Source: Candidatus Omnitrophota bacterium (GTDB lineage: Bacteria > Omnitrophota > Gorgyraeia > Gygaellales > Profunditerraquicolaceae). From it: 64,000 bases of DNA. The stretch is from contig JAHKAP010000077.1 in NCBI GenBank assembly GCA_018825985.1, positions 566-64,565 of the forward strand. Direction: 5' to 3'. The notes beneath the pieces were generated by a model. That model did not search any database and had not been told where the DNA came from. It worked only from the letters and a program-made list of their open reading frames with translations. The translations under genes were made by a program, and so were the position numbers. Positions 9,185 to 18,402 of this stretch are shown here, piece by piece. Within the stretch, counting starts at the first letter, position 1, and each line of letters starts with the position of its first letter.

Positions 9185-9996
9185 TCCCAAATATCATGCA
9201 AATCTTTCAGTTGTTCATACGTAAACACCGGACCGTCTTTACAGACATAATACGGCCCGATACGGCAATGCCCGCATTTACCCAGGCCGCAGGACATACT
9301 CTTCTCCATAGAAAGATAGATATCCGGTGGTTTGAACCCTAAGTCCAGTAATTTTAAGGTTACAAATTTCATCATTATGGGCGGGCCGCAGACTATTACC
9401 GCCGCATTATTCAAATCTACGGGCAAGTCCTTTAATATAGTAGTAACTAAACCTACGTTACCACTCCACGAAGGATCTCCCACATCAACCGTGACCATCA
9501 TATTAACTTTATCTAATTTAGCCCACTCAGGAATAAGCCCTTTATAAATAATATCATTAGCGGTCCGCGATCCATAACGTAAGACTACTTTATTGTATTT
9601 ATCCATCGAGCCGAATAACGCGAACAATAACGAACGTAAAGGCGCTAAGCCTACGCCACCGCCAACTATCAAAATATCCTTTCCGGTAAATTTATCCAAT
9701 GGATATCCTAAACCATAAGGGCCGCGGATACCTACGGGCGTATTTGGCTGAATACCATGCAATAACGAAGTAATCTCACCGGCCTTCATTATGGTTATAT
9801 CCATTTTATCCTTGATGTTAGGATCGGATGAAGGAGTAAAAGGGGCTTCGCCGATCCCCGGTAGAGTCAATTCAATAAACTGCCCGGTCTTAAATTCAAA
9901 TGGAACTTTAGGCCTCAACACAAAAGTCTTAATGTTAGGCGACTCTGTTATTATACCTTCTATAATTGCCTCTGTCGGCTTATAAATATTTTTCAT
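9181..9996 (-). CDS. HydG/AsrB-like FAD/NAD(P)H-binding 2Fe-2S oxidoreductase subunit
   Basis: A ferredoxin-NADP reductase-like fold (GQFIELTLPGIGEAPFTPSS; ILIVGGGVGLAPL) with a C-terminal CGLGKCGHCRIGPYYVCKDGPVF 2Fe-2S motif, 271 aa, as in the sulfhydrogenase gamma / anaerobic sulfite reductase B / PyrK family. Confidence 0.75.
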   Translation of the reverse strand: MKNIYKPTEAIIEGIITESPNIKTFVLRPKVPFEFKTGQFIELTLPGIGEAPFTPSSDPNIKDKMDITIMKAGEITSLLHGIQPNTPVGIRGPYGLGYPLDKFTGKDILIVGGGVGLAPLRSLLFALFGSMDKYNKVVLRYGSRTANDIIYKGLIPEWAKLDKVNMMVTVDVGDPSWSGNVGLVTTILKDLPVDLNNAAVIVCGPPIMMKFVTLKLLDLGFKPPDIYLSMEKSMSCGLGKCGHCRIGPYYVCKDGPVFTYEQLKDLHDIWD

Positions 9997-11051
9997 TTAT
10001 TCCTACTTACCTTGTCTTTGACGTCTTTTAAGACTTCCCGGATATCGATCTTTCCCGGGCAAACCTCAATACACCTACCACACCCGCAGCAAGCGGGAAT
10101 ACCCATATTATCTATAAAAAAATCAAATTTCTTAATAAACCTGTTGCGCAGGCGCTGGGTCCTGGTCTTTAAAGGATTAGCTCCTCCGGCAACGCGAGAG
10201 AAATTAGTATACTGACAACAATCCCATCCCTTTAACCGGGAGAATTCATCCCTATCTTTTTCATCCGATAAAAGAAAACAATGGCAGGTATCGCAGATAA
10301 GATTGCACCCTGCGCATTCAACACAGGTAAGCATAAATTTCTGCCAGGTATCCGCACTATAACCGTCTTTCATTAACCTCTGGACCTCAGCCTTAGAAAC
10401 CAGCCCTTGAGGGAGAAGATGTTTCCTTAAACGCTCAATAAAGCTCTCCCTTTTGGCTTTGCGGGCCAACACTTGAGTTTCTTTGGCAGGAACAAAATAA
10501 TCCTTATACCGCTGAATAAACGCTTCCCCTCTATCCGATCCTGATTCAACAATATAACCGTCATTTAAGGGAGATAGATTCAAATCAAAACCAACGGTAG
10601 GATGCGGCAGCACTTCCCAGGCCAAACAGTGACATACATTTTTAAAATCAGTACAGTCACCCGAGATCAAAACCGTATTCTCTCTTCTAGCTCTATACAG
10701 AGAATCTTTTTCCTGGCCCTCTAAAAATACGAAATCCTGAACCTTATGCCCCTGAATATCGCAAGATTTTACCCCAAAGATAACTATCTTTTCCGGCTCC
10801 CTGAAATTAACGCCTTCTTTGAAATACCCGGATACTTTTTCAAGGGGGCTGGTAAAAAAAGTCTTTAGCGGTTCAACTGCCCTGTAAGCGCTAAATCTCG
10901 GAATGTCACCCTTAAACAACCTATTATAGGAATAATCCGTCTTCTCGCCTTCAATCTCTTTGATTAAAGGCGAAAAGACCTTATAGTCTGCGCATAGGCT
11001 GTTAATCAAAAAAGGTAAATCTTTATCTTTAATATAGAATATCTTGATCAT
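9993..11051 (-). CDS. HydB/AsrA-like iron-sulfur subunit
   Basis: A 352-aa protein with CDTCHCF and CCGCGRCIEVCPGKID motifs characteristic of the sulfhydrogenase beta / AsrA family. It overlaps the HydG-like gene by 4 nt. Confidence 0.7.
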   Translation of the reverse strand: MIKIFYIKDKDLPFLINSLCADYKVFSPLIKEIEGEKTDYSYNRLFKGDIPRFSAYRAVEPLKTFFTSPLEKVSGYFKEGVNFREPEKIVIFGVKSCDIQGHKVQDFVFLEGQEKDSLYRARRENTVLISGDCTDFKNVCHCLAWEVLPHPTVGFDLNLSPLNDGYIVESGSDRGEAFIQRYKDYFVPAKETQVLARKAKRESFIERLRKHLLPQGLVSKAEVQRLMKDGYSADTWQKFMLTCVECAGCNLICDTCHCFLLSDEKDRDEFSRLKGWDCCQYTNFSRVAGGANPLKTRTQRLRNRFIKKFDFFIDNMGIPACCGCGRCIEVCPGKIDIREVLKDVKDKVSRNK

Positions 11052-11095
11052 TTTTAATTTGTCTGGGACGGGAATATTTTAGAGGGAAAACTACT

Positions 11096-11113
11096 TTGTG
11101 AAACTAATCACAA
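11096..11113. promoter_or_regulatory. Rex operator (TTGTGAAACTAATCACAA)
   Basis: 17/18 match to the Rex consensus TTGTGAA-N4-TTCACAA. It lies about 45 nt upstream of the hydrogenase-cluster start codon and downstream of the predicted promoter. A rex gene is 1.3 kb upstream. Confidence 0.6.
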
Positions 11114-11160
11114 ATTAACCCTAAAAAAAATTGCAATTCCTACTTTTCTTTAATTTTGTT

Positions 11161-11189
11161 ATAATATCTTATCGGCGTTAAACTGTCAA
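11161..11189 (-). promoter_or_regulatory. sigma70-like promoter for the hydrogenase cluster (TTGACA-N17-TATTAT)
   Basis: On the minus strand, a perfect -35 TTGACA (plus coordinates 11184-11189), a 17-nt spacer and a -10 TATTAT (11161-11166), directly after the ackA stop. Confidence 0.5.
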
Positions 11190-11197
11190 GGGAAAAT

Positions 11198-12424
11198 TTA
11201 GTCGATTTTTAAACTTATAACCCCGGGCTGAACCTTAGTCAGTTCGTAGGCATCCTGGGCAATGCATAGTTCTTCATTAGTAGGTATTACATATACCTTG
11301 ACCCGGGAGCTATCTTTACTTATCTGGGCCTCTACCCCTTTTACTGTCGAAACATTCTTTTCTTCTTCGATCTCTATACCTAAACTCTCCATGCCGCTCA
11401 AGGTATCCTGACGGATTTGAGGATTATTTTCCCCGATCCCTCCGGTAAATATTATAGCGTCAGTTTTGCCTAATACAGCCAGGTAGGCGCCGATATACTT
11501 CCTTAAGCGGTAACAAAATACTTCAATTGCTAATTTCGCCCTCTCATTACCTTTTTCCTGGGCCCAAAATAGATTACGCATATCATTACTAATCCCGGAA
11601 ATACCCATTAAGCCGCTTTTTTTATTCAGAAGCTTATTCAGGTCTTCGGGAGTATAACCTTTCCCGTTTAAATAAAAGATTATAGCCGGATCGATATCAC
11701 CCGAACGAGTCCCCATTACCAAACCTTCCAAGGGGGTAAAGCCCATACTGGTATCTACTGATTTTCCGTGGGCTATAGCTGAAACGCTACAGCCATTTCC
11801 TAAATGACAGGTTATCAGATTCAATTCTTCCTTGGGCATTTTTAGAATCGAAACTAGCCTCCTTTTAACATAAAGGTGGCTAGTACCATGAAAACCATAC
11901 CGGCGTATTTTGTATTTTTCATATAATTCATACGGAATACCGTAAATATAGGCCTTGGGCGGGATAGCATGATGAAAGGCAGTATCAAAACAAGCTACCT
12001 GGATAGCGTTAGGCAGAAATTTCTTGCTAGCCATTATGCCCATAAGATTGGGCGGGTTATGTAGTGGGGCTAAGTCCGCATACTCCTCAATCCTCATGAT
12101 TACTTTCTCATTAATTAAAACTGATTCGGTAAACTCCTCTTCGCCATGGACAACCCTATGGCCTACGCCCTGGATCTCTTCGATAGAAGAAATAACGCCT
12201 TTTTCTTTATCAGTAAGCATATCGATAATAAAATTGATCCCCTGCTCATGGGTAGCGATGGATCCTTCCAACTCAAGTTTCCCCTTAGCGCTCTTCTGAA
12301 TGAAGAAAGATTTTTCTTCGCCGATCCTCTCCAACAGCCCCTTGGCAATAACTTCTTCCTGAGGCATATTAAAAAGCTGATATTTTATCGAAGAACTTCC
12401 GGAGTTAATAACCAGTATTTTCAC
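11198..12424 (-). CDS. ackA: acetate kinase
   Basis: N-terminus MKILVINSGSSSIKYQLF and full-length acetate kinase architecture, 408 aa. Confidence 0.95.
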   Translation of the reverse strand: MKILVINSGSSSIKYQLFNMPQEEVIAKGLLERIGEEKSFFIQKSAKGKLELEGSIATHEQGINFIIDMLTDKEKGVISSIEEIQGVGHRVVHGEEEFTESVLINEKVIMRIEEYADLAPLHNPPNLMGIMASKKFLPNAIQVACFDTAFHHAIPPKAYIYGIPYELYEKYKIRRYGFHGTSHLYVKRRLVSILKMPKEELNLITCHLGNGCSVSAIAHGKSVDTSMGFTPLEGLVMGTRSGDIDPAIIFYLNGKGYTPEDLNKLLNKKSGLMGISGISNDMRNLFWAQEKGNERAKLAIEVFCYRLRKYIGAYLAVLGKTDAIIFTGGIGENNPQIRQDTLSGMESLGIEIEEEKNVSTVKGVEAQISKDSSRVKVYVIPTNEELCIAQDAYELTKVQPGVISLKID

Positions 12425-13062
12425 AGCCGCCCTCTTTTTAATTTATAAACCAGGCTCTCTAATTCCGAGGCCATATCCACATTAGAAACATAGATATTAC
12501 CCGGTAAACTTAAATTTACCGGGGCAAAATTCAAGATCGCCTTGATCCCGCTACCGGCCAATTTTTCGCTTATGCCCTGAGCTTCATCAGCGGGCACAGA
12601 AAGAACCGCAATCTTGATTCCTCTGTTTATAATCAATTCTTTCATCCTGCGGATATCTTCGATCTTTATACCTGCGAGGACCTTGCCGATTTTTTCCGGG
12701 TCATTATCAAAAGCTGCGGATATCTGAAGATTCAGCTCCAAAAACCCCGGATAACCTAAAAGGGCAAAGCCGAGTTTTCCTACTCCTATCAAGGCAATTT
12801 TCCTGACAACATTGGTGCCCAAGATCTTACCGATTTCCTGCCTAAGCGTTTCTACATCGTAACCTATGCCCCGGCGGCCAAATTCCCCGAAATACGAAAG
12901 GTCTTTGCGGAACTGAACCGAAGAAACATTCAAAAACCTGGTGATCTCTTCGGAGGAAGCGACTTTAGTCTTATTCTGGATAAGCCTTTTCAGGCTTCTC
13001 AAGTAAAGGCTGAGCCTGCGCGCAGTCTCCTGGGGAATATGTATATTGGCGTCTATCGGCAT
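12421..13062 (-). CDS. rex: redox-sensing transcriptional repressor Rex
   Basis: An N-terminal winged helix (ARRLSLYLRSLKRL...) plus a Rossmann NADH-binding domain (KIALIGVGKLGFALLGY), 213 aa, with a 4-nt overlap with ackA. Confidence 0.85.
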   Translation of the reverse strand: MPIDANIHIPQETARRLSLYLRSLKRLIQNKTKVASSEEITRFLNVSSVQFRKDLSYFGEFGRRGIGYDVETLRQEIGKILGTNVVRKIALIGVGKLGFALLGYPGFLELNLQISAAFDNDPEKIGKVLAGIKIEDIRRMKELIINRGIKIAVLSVPADEAQGISEKLAGSGIKAILNFAPVNLSLPGNIYVSNVDMASELESLVYKLKRGRL

Positions 13063-13076
13063 ATATTCTTAAAAAA

Positions 13077-14036
13077 TTATGCCCGTATCCGGCTGAGCGC
13101 TTTTATCCTTTTAAGCATATTAGGATGGGTGCTAAATGATTCCAGTAATCTATCGGCAAACCTAAGGCGCACCTGTTTATTCCTTAAAACGGACAGCTCA
13201 GAGGCATCGATTGTTCCGCTGTTGTCCAGGTCCAGCTGCTTTAATTCCCGGATCTCCTTTAACCCCTGCGATGGATCATTTATAAAAAATGCCTTTAAAC
13301 CCTCAACCTCTTTAAGCGATTCCTTATCCGTCCGGGCTGAACTATAAGCTAACTTATATAAACTAGAAGCTAGGAATTTTGGCTGGTTGCCCAAAAGGAC
13401 CGAACCCTGGTCAGCAAAATATTCCCGGATCCGGGATGCATATAGCACTAAAAGATTAGTAATAAAATAGAAAATAAAAGCCGCCATACCTAAAAGCGCC
13501 GTATTGCCTCCTCTTTCATCGCGCCGGCGCCCGAAAAACAGAAACTGCCAGGCGATCCGATACATAATCATCGGGATAACCGATAACAGAGTTATGGTTA
13601 AAACATCCCGGTTCTTTAAATGGCTCAGCTCATGGCCCAAAACCGCTTTAAGCTCATCATCACTCAATAAATTTAAAATACCCTGCGTAACGCAAACCCT
13701 TCCGTCTCGTATACCCCTGCCGAAAGCAAAGGCGTTAGGAAGAGATATCTGGGCGATGCCTATCTTAGGCATAGGAATACCTGCCCTAACAGCCAGGCTC
13801 TCAACCATCTGGAACAATTTAGGCTGGTCCTGCCTTTTGACATATTTGATCCGCATGGTCCATTCTACTATCTTAGGGCCGATGAGGTATTGTATAAACA
13901 TCATAGCCAGTGAGATAGACAGGTAAAAACCAAAACCTCCAATGCCCAAATATGAGCCGATCATTACAATAACTGCGTAAATAATCGCAAACAACGCGGT
14001 AAGTAAAAGCCACATCTTTAAATGCAAAAGCCACAT
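13077..14036 (-). CDS. M48 family zinc metalloprotease (HtpX-like) with C-terminal EF-hand
   Basis: HEXXH motif GHELSHLKNRD and N-terminal TM helices. The C-terminal loop DLDNSGTIDASE (nt 13197-13232) is a canonical 12-residue EF-hand. Confidence 0.75.
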   Translation of the reverse strand: MWLLHLKMWLLLTALFAIIYAVIVMIGSYLGIGGFGFYLSISLAMMFIQYLIGPKIVEWTMRIKYVKRQDQPKLFQMVESLAVRAGIPMPKIGIAQISLPNAFAFGRGIRDGRVCVTQGILNLLSDDELKAVLGHELSHLKNRDVLTITLLSVIPMIMYRIAWQFLFFGRRRDERGGNTALLGMAAFIFYFITNLLVLYASRIREYFADQGSVLLGNQPKFLASSLYKLAYSSARTDKESLKEVEGLKAFFINDPSQGLKEIRELKQLDLDNSGTIDASELSVLRNKQVRLRFADRLLESFSTHPNMLKRIKALSRIRA

Positions 14037-14079
14037 CTTAATATGCCTCCGTTTTTTAAATTATTTACGAATTAGGTAG

Positions 14080-14502
14080 TTATTTTACCACTTCTGCCTT
14101 AATTGTAAACCTCAAAATAGGATTGTCCGGATTATCGGTATTTACATAAACAAATTGCTGGATGGCTCCGGAATAACCTTTAGTCTTAAAAATAACTTCG
14201 ATCCGGGTAGATTCACCCGCCTGTAATTTATTTTTGTCAGCCTTTGAGCCGGTACAACCGCAGGAGGTATTCACATTTTTAATATTTAAAACTTTTCCGG
14301 AGTCATTTGTAAGGTTAAAATCATGCTTTAACTCTACCCCCTGTTTAACCGTTCCGAAATCCCAGATATACAACTCATCCAGAGCTGCCTCGCCGGTCAG
14401 ATTATTTCCTGCGGCAAAACAATTAGGGGAGGTTAAAGACAATAATACTAAGATTAAAACGGCAAATATCCTTTTCATCATAATCTCCAGACTAATAACC
14501 AA
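14080..14502 (-). CDS. secreted DUF1573-like protein
   Basis: Signal peptide followed by ...WDFGTVKQGVELKHDFNLTNDSGKVLNIKNVNTSCGCT..., the characteristic DUF1573 core. 140 aa. Confidence 0.5.
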   Translation of the reverse strand: MVISLEIMMKRIFAVLILVLLSLTSPNCFAAGNNLTGEAALDELYIWDFGTVKQGVELKHDFNLTNDSGKVLNIKNVNTSCGCTGSKADKNKLQAGESTRIEVIFKTKGYSGAIQQFVYVNTDNPDNPILRFTIKAEVVK

Positions 14503-15662
14503 CCTAAACTAAAGAAAACAACTGCCATAATGAATTTAATCCAAACTATATATTTTCGCATGAACTGCGAAAAGTTTACCGAAGTCAAACCAAACATTGC
14601 TAACAAGAATACCGCCAGCAAAGGAATAATAAACATAACATTATAAAGCAAGAGAAAGAAGACCGCCCTTATTTTAAACTCAGAGGCCTTAAGTATAAAA
14701 GCTATGGTTGGCAGATACAGTTGTCCCGTACATACCGCCTCCAATAAACTAACCAGAAAACCAATTGTAACCGCGGTAAAAATTAACTGAAAAATACGCA
14801 GTTTAGGCTTTACGCCTTCAGCCCTGCGGGGATTATGGTAATGAAGCCGGATCAGGGAATGGATCCGTTCCTTAACGCTTTTAGGTAATTGCAAGATCAT
14901 GCCTTGTGAATCCCCTGTCTTGACTAATCTGATCAAGTCGTAAACGCAAAACACTCCTAATATTAAACTTAATATCCCCAGGCAATAATTAATTACCCTG
15001 GCAACTATCCAGAATCCGGAAATCCGGTATAGCCCGTCAAATATCCCTAATCCGATCAAAAGATAAGTTAAAAATACTGTAATTATAAAAAATACCCCGG
15101 TTATCGCCATATCCAGCTTACGGTAACCCTGCAACGCCAGAAAAGAAATGAAAAATACCACCACGGTGAAAGCGCAAGGATTTATCCCATCGACCAACCC
15201 GGCGCCGGTTACAGCCAGAGGAGTAAATGATAAAAAGCGCTCCTTAAGATCAATTGAAAATGAATGATTTTCTTTCTTTGGAGAAGCGTTCAATGAATTA
15301 TCAATAACCCTGATCAGATTTTCATTCACATCTTTTTCACCGCTTACTATATTCCCCTCGAAGAAAAAAACCGGCAGAATAATATTTCCAGACTTAGAGT
15401 ATTTCTCCTGCAGGCTGATAAGCATCTTATAATTTTCAATATTAGTTATATCCCGGTAATCAATTTCAATCCGGCCTTTAAACCTCTCCTCGATCCGGGG
15501 TATTAAATTTTGCCTGGCTGACGCGCAATGGTTGCAGGCAGGAGAATAAAAAAACACTAATCTCGCAAGATCTTTCCGGGATGGTTCCTGGCAAGAAGAA
15601 ATTACAGGACATGCAAAAAATGCCGAGAAGGCGATAAGAAAAATTAACCTGCTAAATTTCAT
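14478..15662 (-). CDS. thioredoxin-like domain fused to a CcdA/DsbD-type thiol-disulfide transporter
   Basis: The N-terminal CNHC thioredoxin motif after a signal peptide. The membrane domain carries GINPCAF and VCTGQ, the two conserved CcdA cysteines. Confidence 0.65.
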   Translation of the reverse strand: MKFSRLIFLIAFSAFFACPVISSCQEPSRKDLARLVFFYSPACNHCASARQNLIPRIEERFKGRIEIDYRDITNIENYKMLISLQEKYSKSGNIILPVFFFEGNIVSGEKDVNENLIRVIDNSLNASPKKENHSFSIDLKERFLSFTPLAVTGAGLVDGINPCAFTVVVFFISFLALQGYRKLDMAITGVFFIITVFLTYLLIGLGIFDGLYRISGFWIVARVINYCLGILSLILGVFCVYDLIRLVKTGDSQGMILQLPKSVKERIHSLIRLHYHNPRRAEGVKPKLRIFQLIFTAVTIGFLVSLLEAVCTGQLYLPTIAFILKASEFKIRAVFFLLLYNVMFIIPLLAVFLLAMFGLTSVNFSQFMRKYIVWIKFIMAVVFFSLGWLLVWRL

Positions 15663-15682
15663 TGGAATAAAAGGAAGGATAA

Positions 15683-16159
15683 TTAAAAAACTGAAAATAT
15701 TTTTATAATCTCTTTCTTATCGGCTGCTTTCTTCAGCCTGTCTACGATAAATTTATCTTTTACCAAGCGCGAGATCCCGGATAAAATCTTTAAATGCCCC
15801 CCAACATTACTTTCAGGAGAAGCCAGAAGAAAAAAAAGATAAGTCTTTTCACCGTCTAAAGCCCCATAATCAATTCCTTCTCTCTTGCGGGCAAAAGCCA
15901 GGATAAAATTTTTCATCTTATCCGACTTAGCGTGGGGTATAGCTACGCCATTGCCTATTCCGGTAGAGCCTAACTTCTCCCGTTTCAAGATCTCATTAAT
16001 CAGGGCCTTTTTATCTTTTTGTTTACCCAACCCAAAGATCAGACCGACCAACTCTTCGACGATTTCTTTTTTAGTATCACCCTTTAAATCTAAATTGATA
16101 TATTTTTCCTTAAGATAAATCAATAGGTCCGGTTCTTGTTTACTCGCGGGATTATTCAC
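15683..16159 (-). CDS. ptsN: PTS EIIA type-2 / nitrogen regulatory IIA(Ntr)-like protein
   Basis: GIGNGVAIPHAK phosphorylation-site motif in a 158-aa protein. It stands alone without PTS permease genes. Confidence 0.65.
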   Translation of the reverse strand: MNNPASKQEPDLLIYLKEKYINLDLKGDTKKEIVEELVGLIFGLGKQKDKKALINEILKREKLGSTGIGNGVAIPHAKSDKMKNFILAFARKREGIDYGALDGEKTYLFFLLASPESNVGGHLKILSGISRLVKDKFIVDRLKKAADKKEIIKIFSVF

Positions 16160-16307
16160 TTATTTGTCATCTCCTTCGATAGATTAAATTTTTATAGGCA
16201 GCCTATGGAGGGATATATTCTACAACATCTTAATCTTATAGAAAAACCCATCTTTTGTCAATACCAATATTGTAAGTATTGTTATAGGGGAACACCCTGC
16301 CGATTAG

Positions 16308-18386
16308 TTAGCGGGGTGTCCCTAAGATTGATTCTGCCGCCCTAATCACGTCTTCGACCGTGATTGCTTTAAGGCATAGAAAGCCTTTTACGCAATTATG
16401 AGCCAGGCATTCAATACAACCTACATCCTTATGCAAAAATACACCCCTCTTGCCTACCGGACCCCAGCGCTTAGGGCTTAGCCCCTCTTGAGACCTGCTA
16501 AATATTGAAACTACCGGCGTACCTAAAGCGCAGGCAATATGCACCGGACCGGAATCATTGGATATAAGCAAACTACATCTCTTTAATACGCTCGCCAACT
16601 GACTGACTGAAGTCTTTCCGCCTAAATTTACCGCCTTATGCTTCATTTGGTATATAACCTCATCAGCAATATGAACTTCTTTCGACCCGGATAAAACAAT
16701 AATCTTAAAACCATGCTTCTCTATGAAGCGTTCCGCAACCTGAACAAATCTTTCAACCGGCCAGATCCGGGACGGACAACTTGCTCCGGGATTGATAGCC
16801 AATATACTATCCCCTTTTTTTATGCCTTCCCCGGCAAAAAGCTCATCTACCCATATTTCAGACTCTTTTCTTAAAGGGAAAAATAATTCTTGATCTTCCC
16901 ACTCAATCCCCAAAGGTTTTAATAAATCAAAATTATATTCTGATTCGCGTTTCTGGCCTAACTGTTTTAAATGCCTGATCTTATCGGTAAATAAAAACCC
17001 GAATTTCCGGTCATAGCCGATCTTTCTGGGTATCCCGGCTGAATAAATAATCAGATGGACCCTGTTCGTAGGATGCAGCGCAATAGCTAAATCAAATCTT
17101 TTTTTCTTCAAATCCCGGGATAATTCCCAGGCCCCTTTCAAGTTCTTATGCTTATTATCTTTATCCAGGATAATTACCTCATCTAGATCAGGATTTTCAA
17201 TCACGATATCTTTAGCATAAGGACTAACCATCATGGCTATATAAGCAGAAGGATACCTCATTCTCAATGCCTTGATCGCCGGAGTAGATAATACAACATC
17301 CCCTATCCTATCTGTCCTGGTTATCAGTATCCGTTTATATTCTTTATCCTGGCCGGCGTACCGGCGTCTTAGTGTCAAGGTGTCCTGACATTGTGATGTC
17401 TTGGCGTCCAATATATCCTGAACCTGCCTTATAACGTCTTTGACCTTAATAACCTCCAGACATTTTAAATCGCCAAACCTGCACTGGGCTTTTTGGCAAG
17501 GCCGGCAGAATATATCTTTTTTAACTATCCTTGAATTCCCGGGCCATGGGCCATATTTAAGCTCATTAGTAGGTCCAAATATTCCTACGGCAGACATCCC
17601 TAAATATCCGGCTAAATGCAGATTCGCGCTGTCATTGGTTATCAAAAGATCGGCTTTTTGTAACAAGCAGGCCAATTGCCTAAGGTTGGTTTTCCCGCAT
17701 AGATCTATCAAAGGATATTCAGAATTCTTAACAATATATCCCGATATCAAAGCGTCATCTTTATCCCCGGCCAAAACTACCTTGGCCCCAAGATCATTTA
17801 TCAAAAATATGATCAATTCCAAAAAATTTTCTTTAGGCCATCTTTTGATATGGCTTCTTGCTCCCGGCGAAACAACAAATATCTTATCGGTTTTAGAGAT
17901 AGAGTTTTCCCTAAATACGCTTTCAATAAAGCCTATATCATCCGGCTTGATATTCAAAGCTACTTTAGCCGGGCCGGTCATATTTTGGTTTCTTGATTCC
18001 AGCCCTAAACTTACCGCTTTATAAAAATGCCTTTCTTTCATATGAATAACATCTCTGGGTATTTTTAAAAAAGGCGAGACCTTGCGCGGCGATTTCAATA
18101 ATATATTTAAGAGGCTGTTGCGCAGGTCTACAACCAAATCAAAATTTTCCTTTTTAAGATCTTTAAATAAAGCTATTTTCTCTTTTAAGCCCGGACTCTT
18201 TTCATAAACGATCACCCTGAAGACATTAGGATTATCCTGAAATATCTCGCTCGGCCGGGGCCCGGTTACAATCGTTATCAAGGCTTTAGGAAAATTAGAC
18301 TTTAAATAATCAAATACCGGCAGGGTCATGATCACGTCGCCGATGTTGCTTAGGGTTATGAATAGGATTTTTTTTACTTCTGTCAT
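16308..18386 (-). CDS. tandem GT9 (heptosyltransferase-like) glycosyltransferase, two fused domains
   Basis: Two GT9 N-terminal signatures: ILFITLSNIGDVIMTLPVFDYLK at the start and ILITRTDRIGDVVLSTPAIKALR near residue 350. 692 aa. Confidence 0.75.
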   Translation of the reverse strand: MTEVKKILFITLSNIGDVIMTLPVFDYLKSNFPKALITIVTGPRPSEIFQDNPNVFRVIVYEKSPGLKEKIALFKDLKKENFDLVVDLRNSLLNILLKSPRKVSPFLKIPRDVIHMKERHFYKAVSLGLESRNQNMTGPAKVALNIKPDDIGFIESVFRENSISKTDKIFVVSPGARSHIKRWPKENFLELIIFLINDLGAKVVLAGDKDDALISGYIVKNSEYPLIDLCGKTNLRQLACLLQKADLLITNDSANLHLAGYLGMSAVGIFGPTNELKYGPWPGNSRIVKKDIFCRPCQKAQCRFGDLKCLEVIKVKDVIRQVQDILDAKTSQCQDTLTLRRRYAGQDKEYKRILITRTDRIGDVVLSTPAIKALRMRYPSAYIAMMVSPYAKDIVIENPDLDEVIILDKDNKHKNLKGAWELSRDLKKKRFDLAIALHPTNRVHLIIYSAGIPRKIGYDRKFGFLFTDKIRHLKQLGQKRESEYNFDLLKPLGIEWEDQELFFPLRKESEIWVDELFAGEGIKKGDSILAINPGASCPSRIWPVERFVQVAERFIEKHGFKIIVLSGSKEVHIADEVIYQMKHKAVNLGGKTSVSQLASVLKRCSLLISNDSGPVHIACALGTPVVSIFSRSQEGLSPKRWGPVGKRGVFLHKDVGCIECLAHNCVKGFLCLKAITVEDVIRAAESILGTPR

Positions 18387-18402
18387 ATAAATTACACTCT
18401 AC

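Noticed and set aside
9181-11051. Anaerobic sulfite reductase (asrAB) interpretation
   Set aside because: No asrC siroheme subunit follows. The genes are co-operonic with a bona fide [NiFe] large subunit, so the HydB/HydG-type electron-transfer role is more likely.
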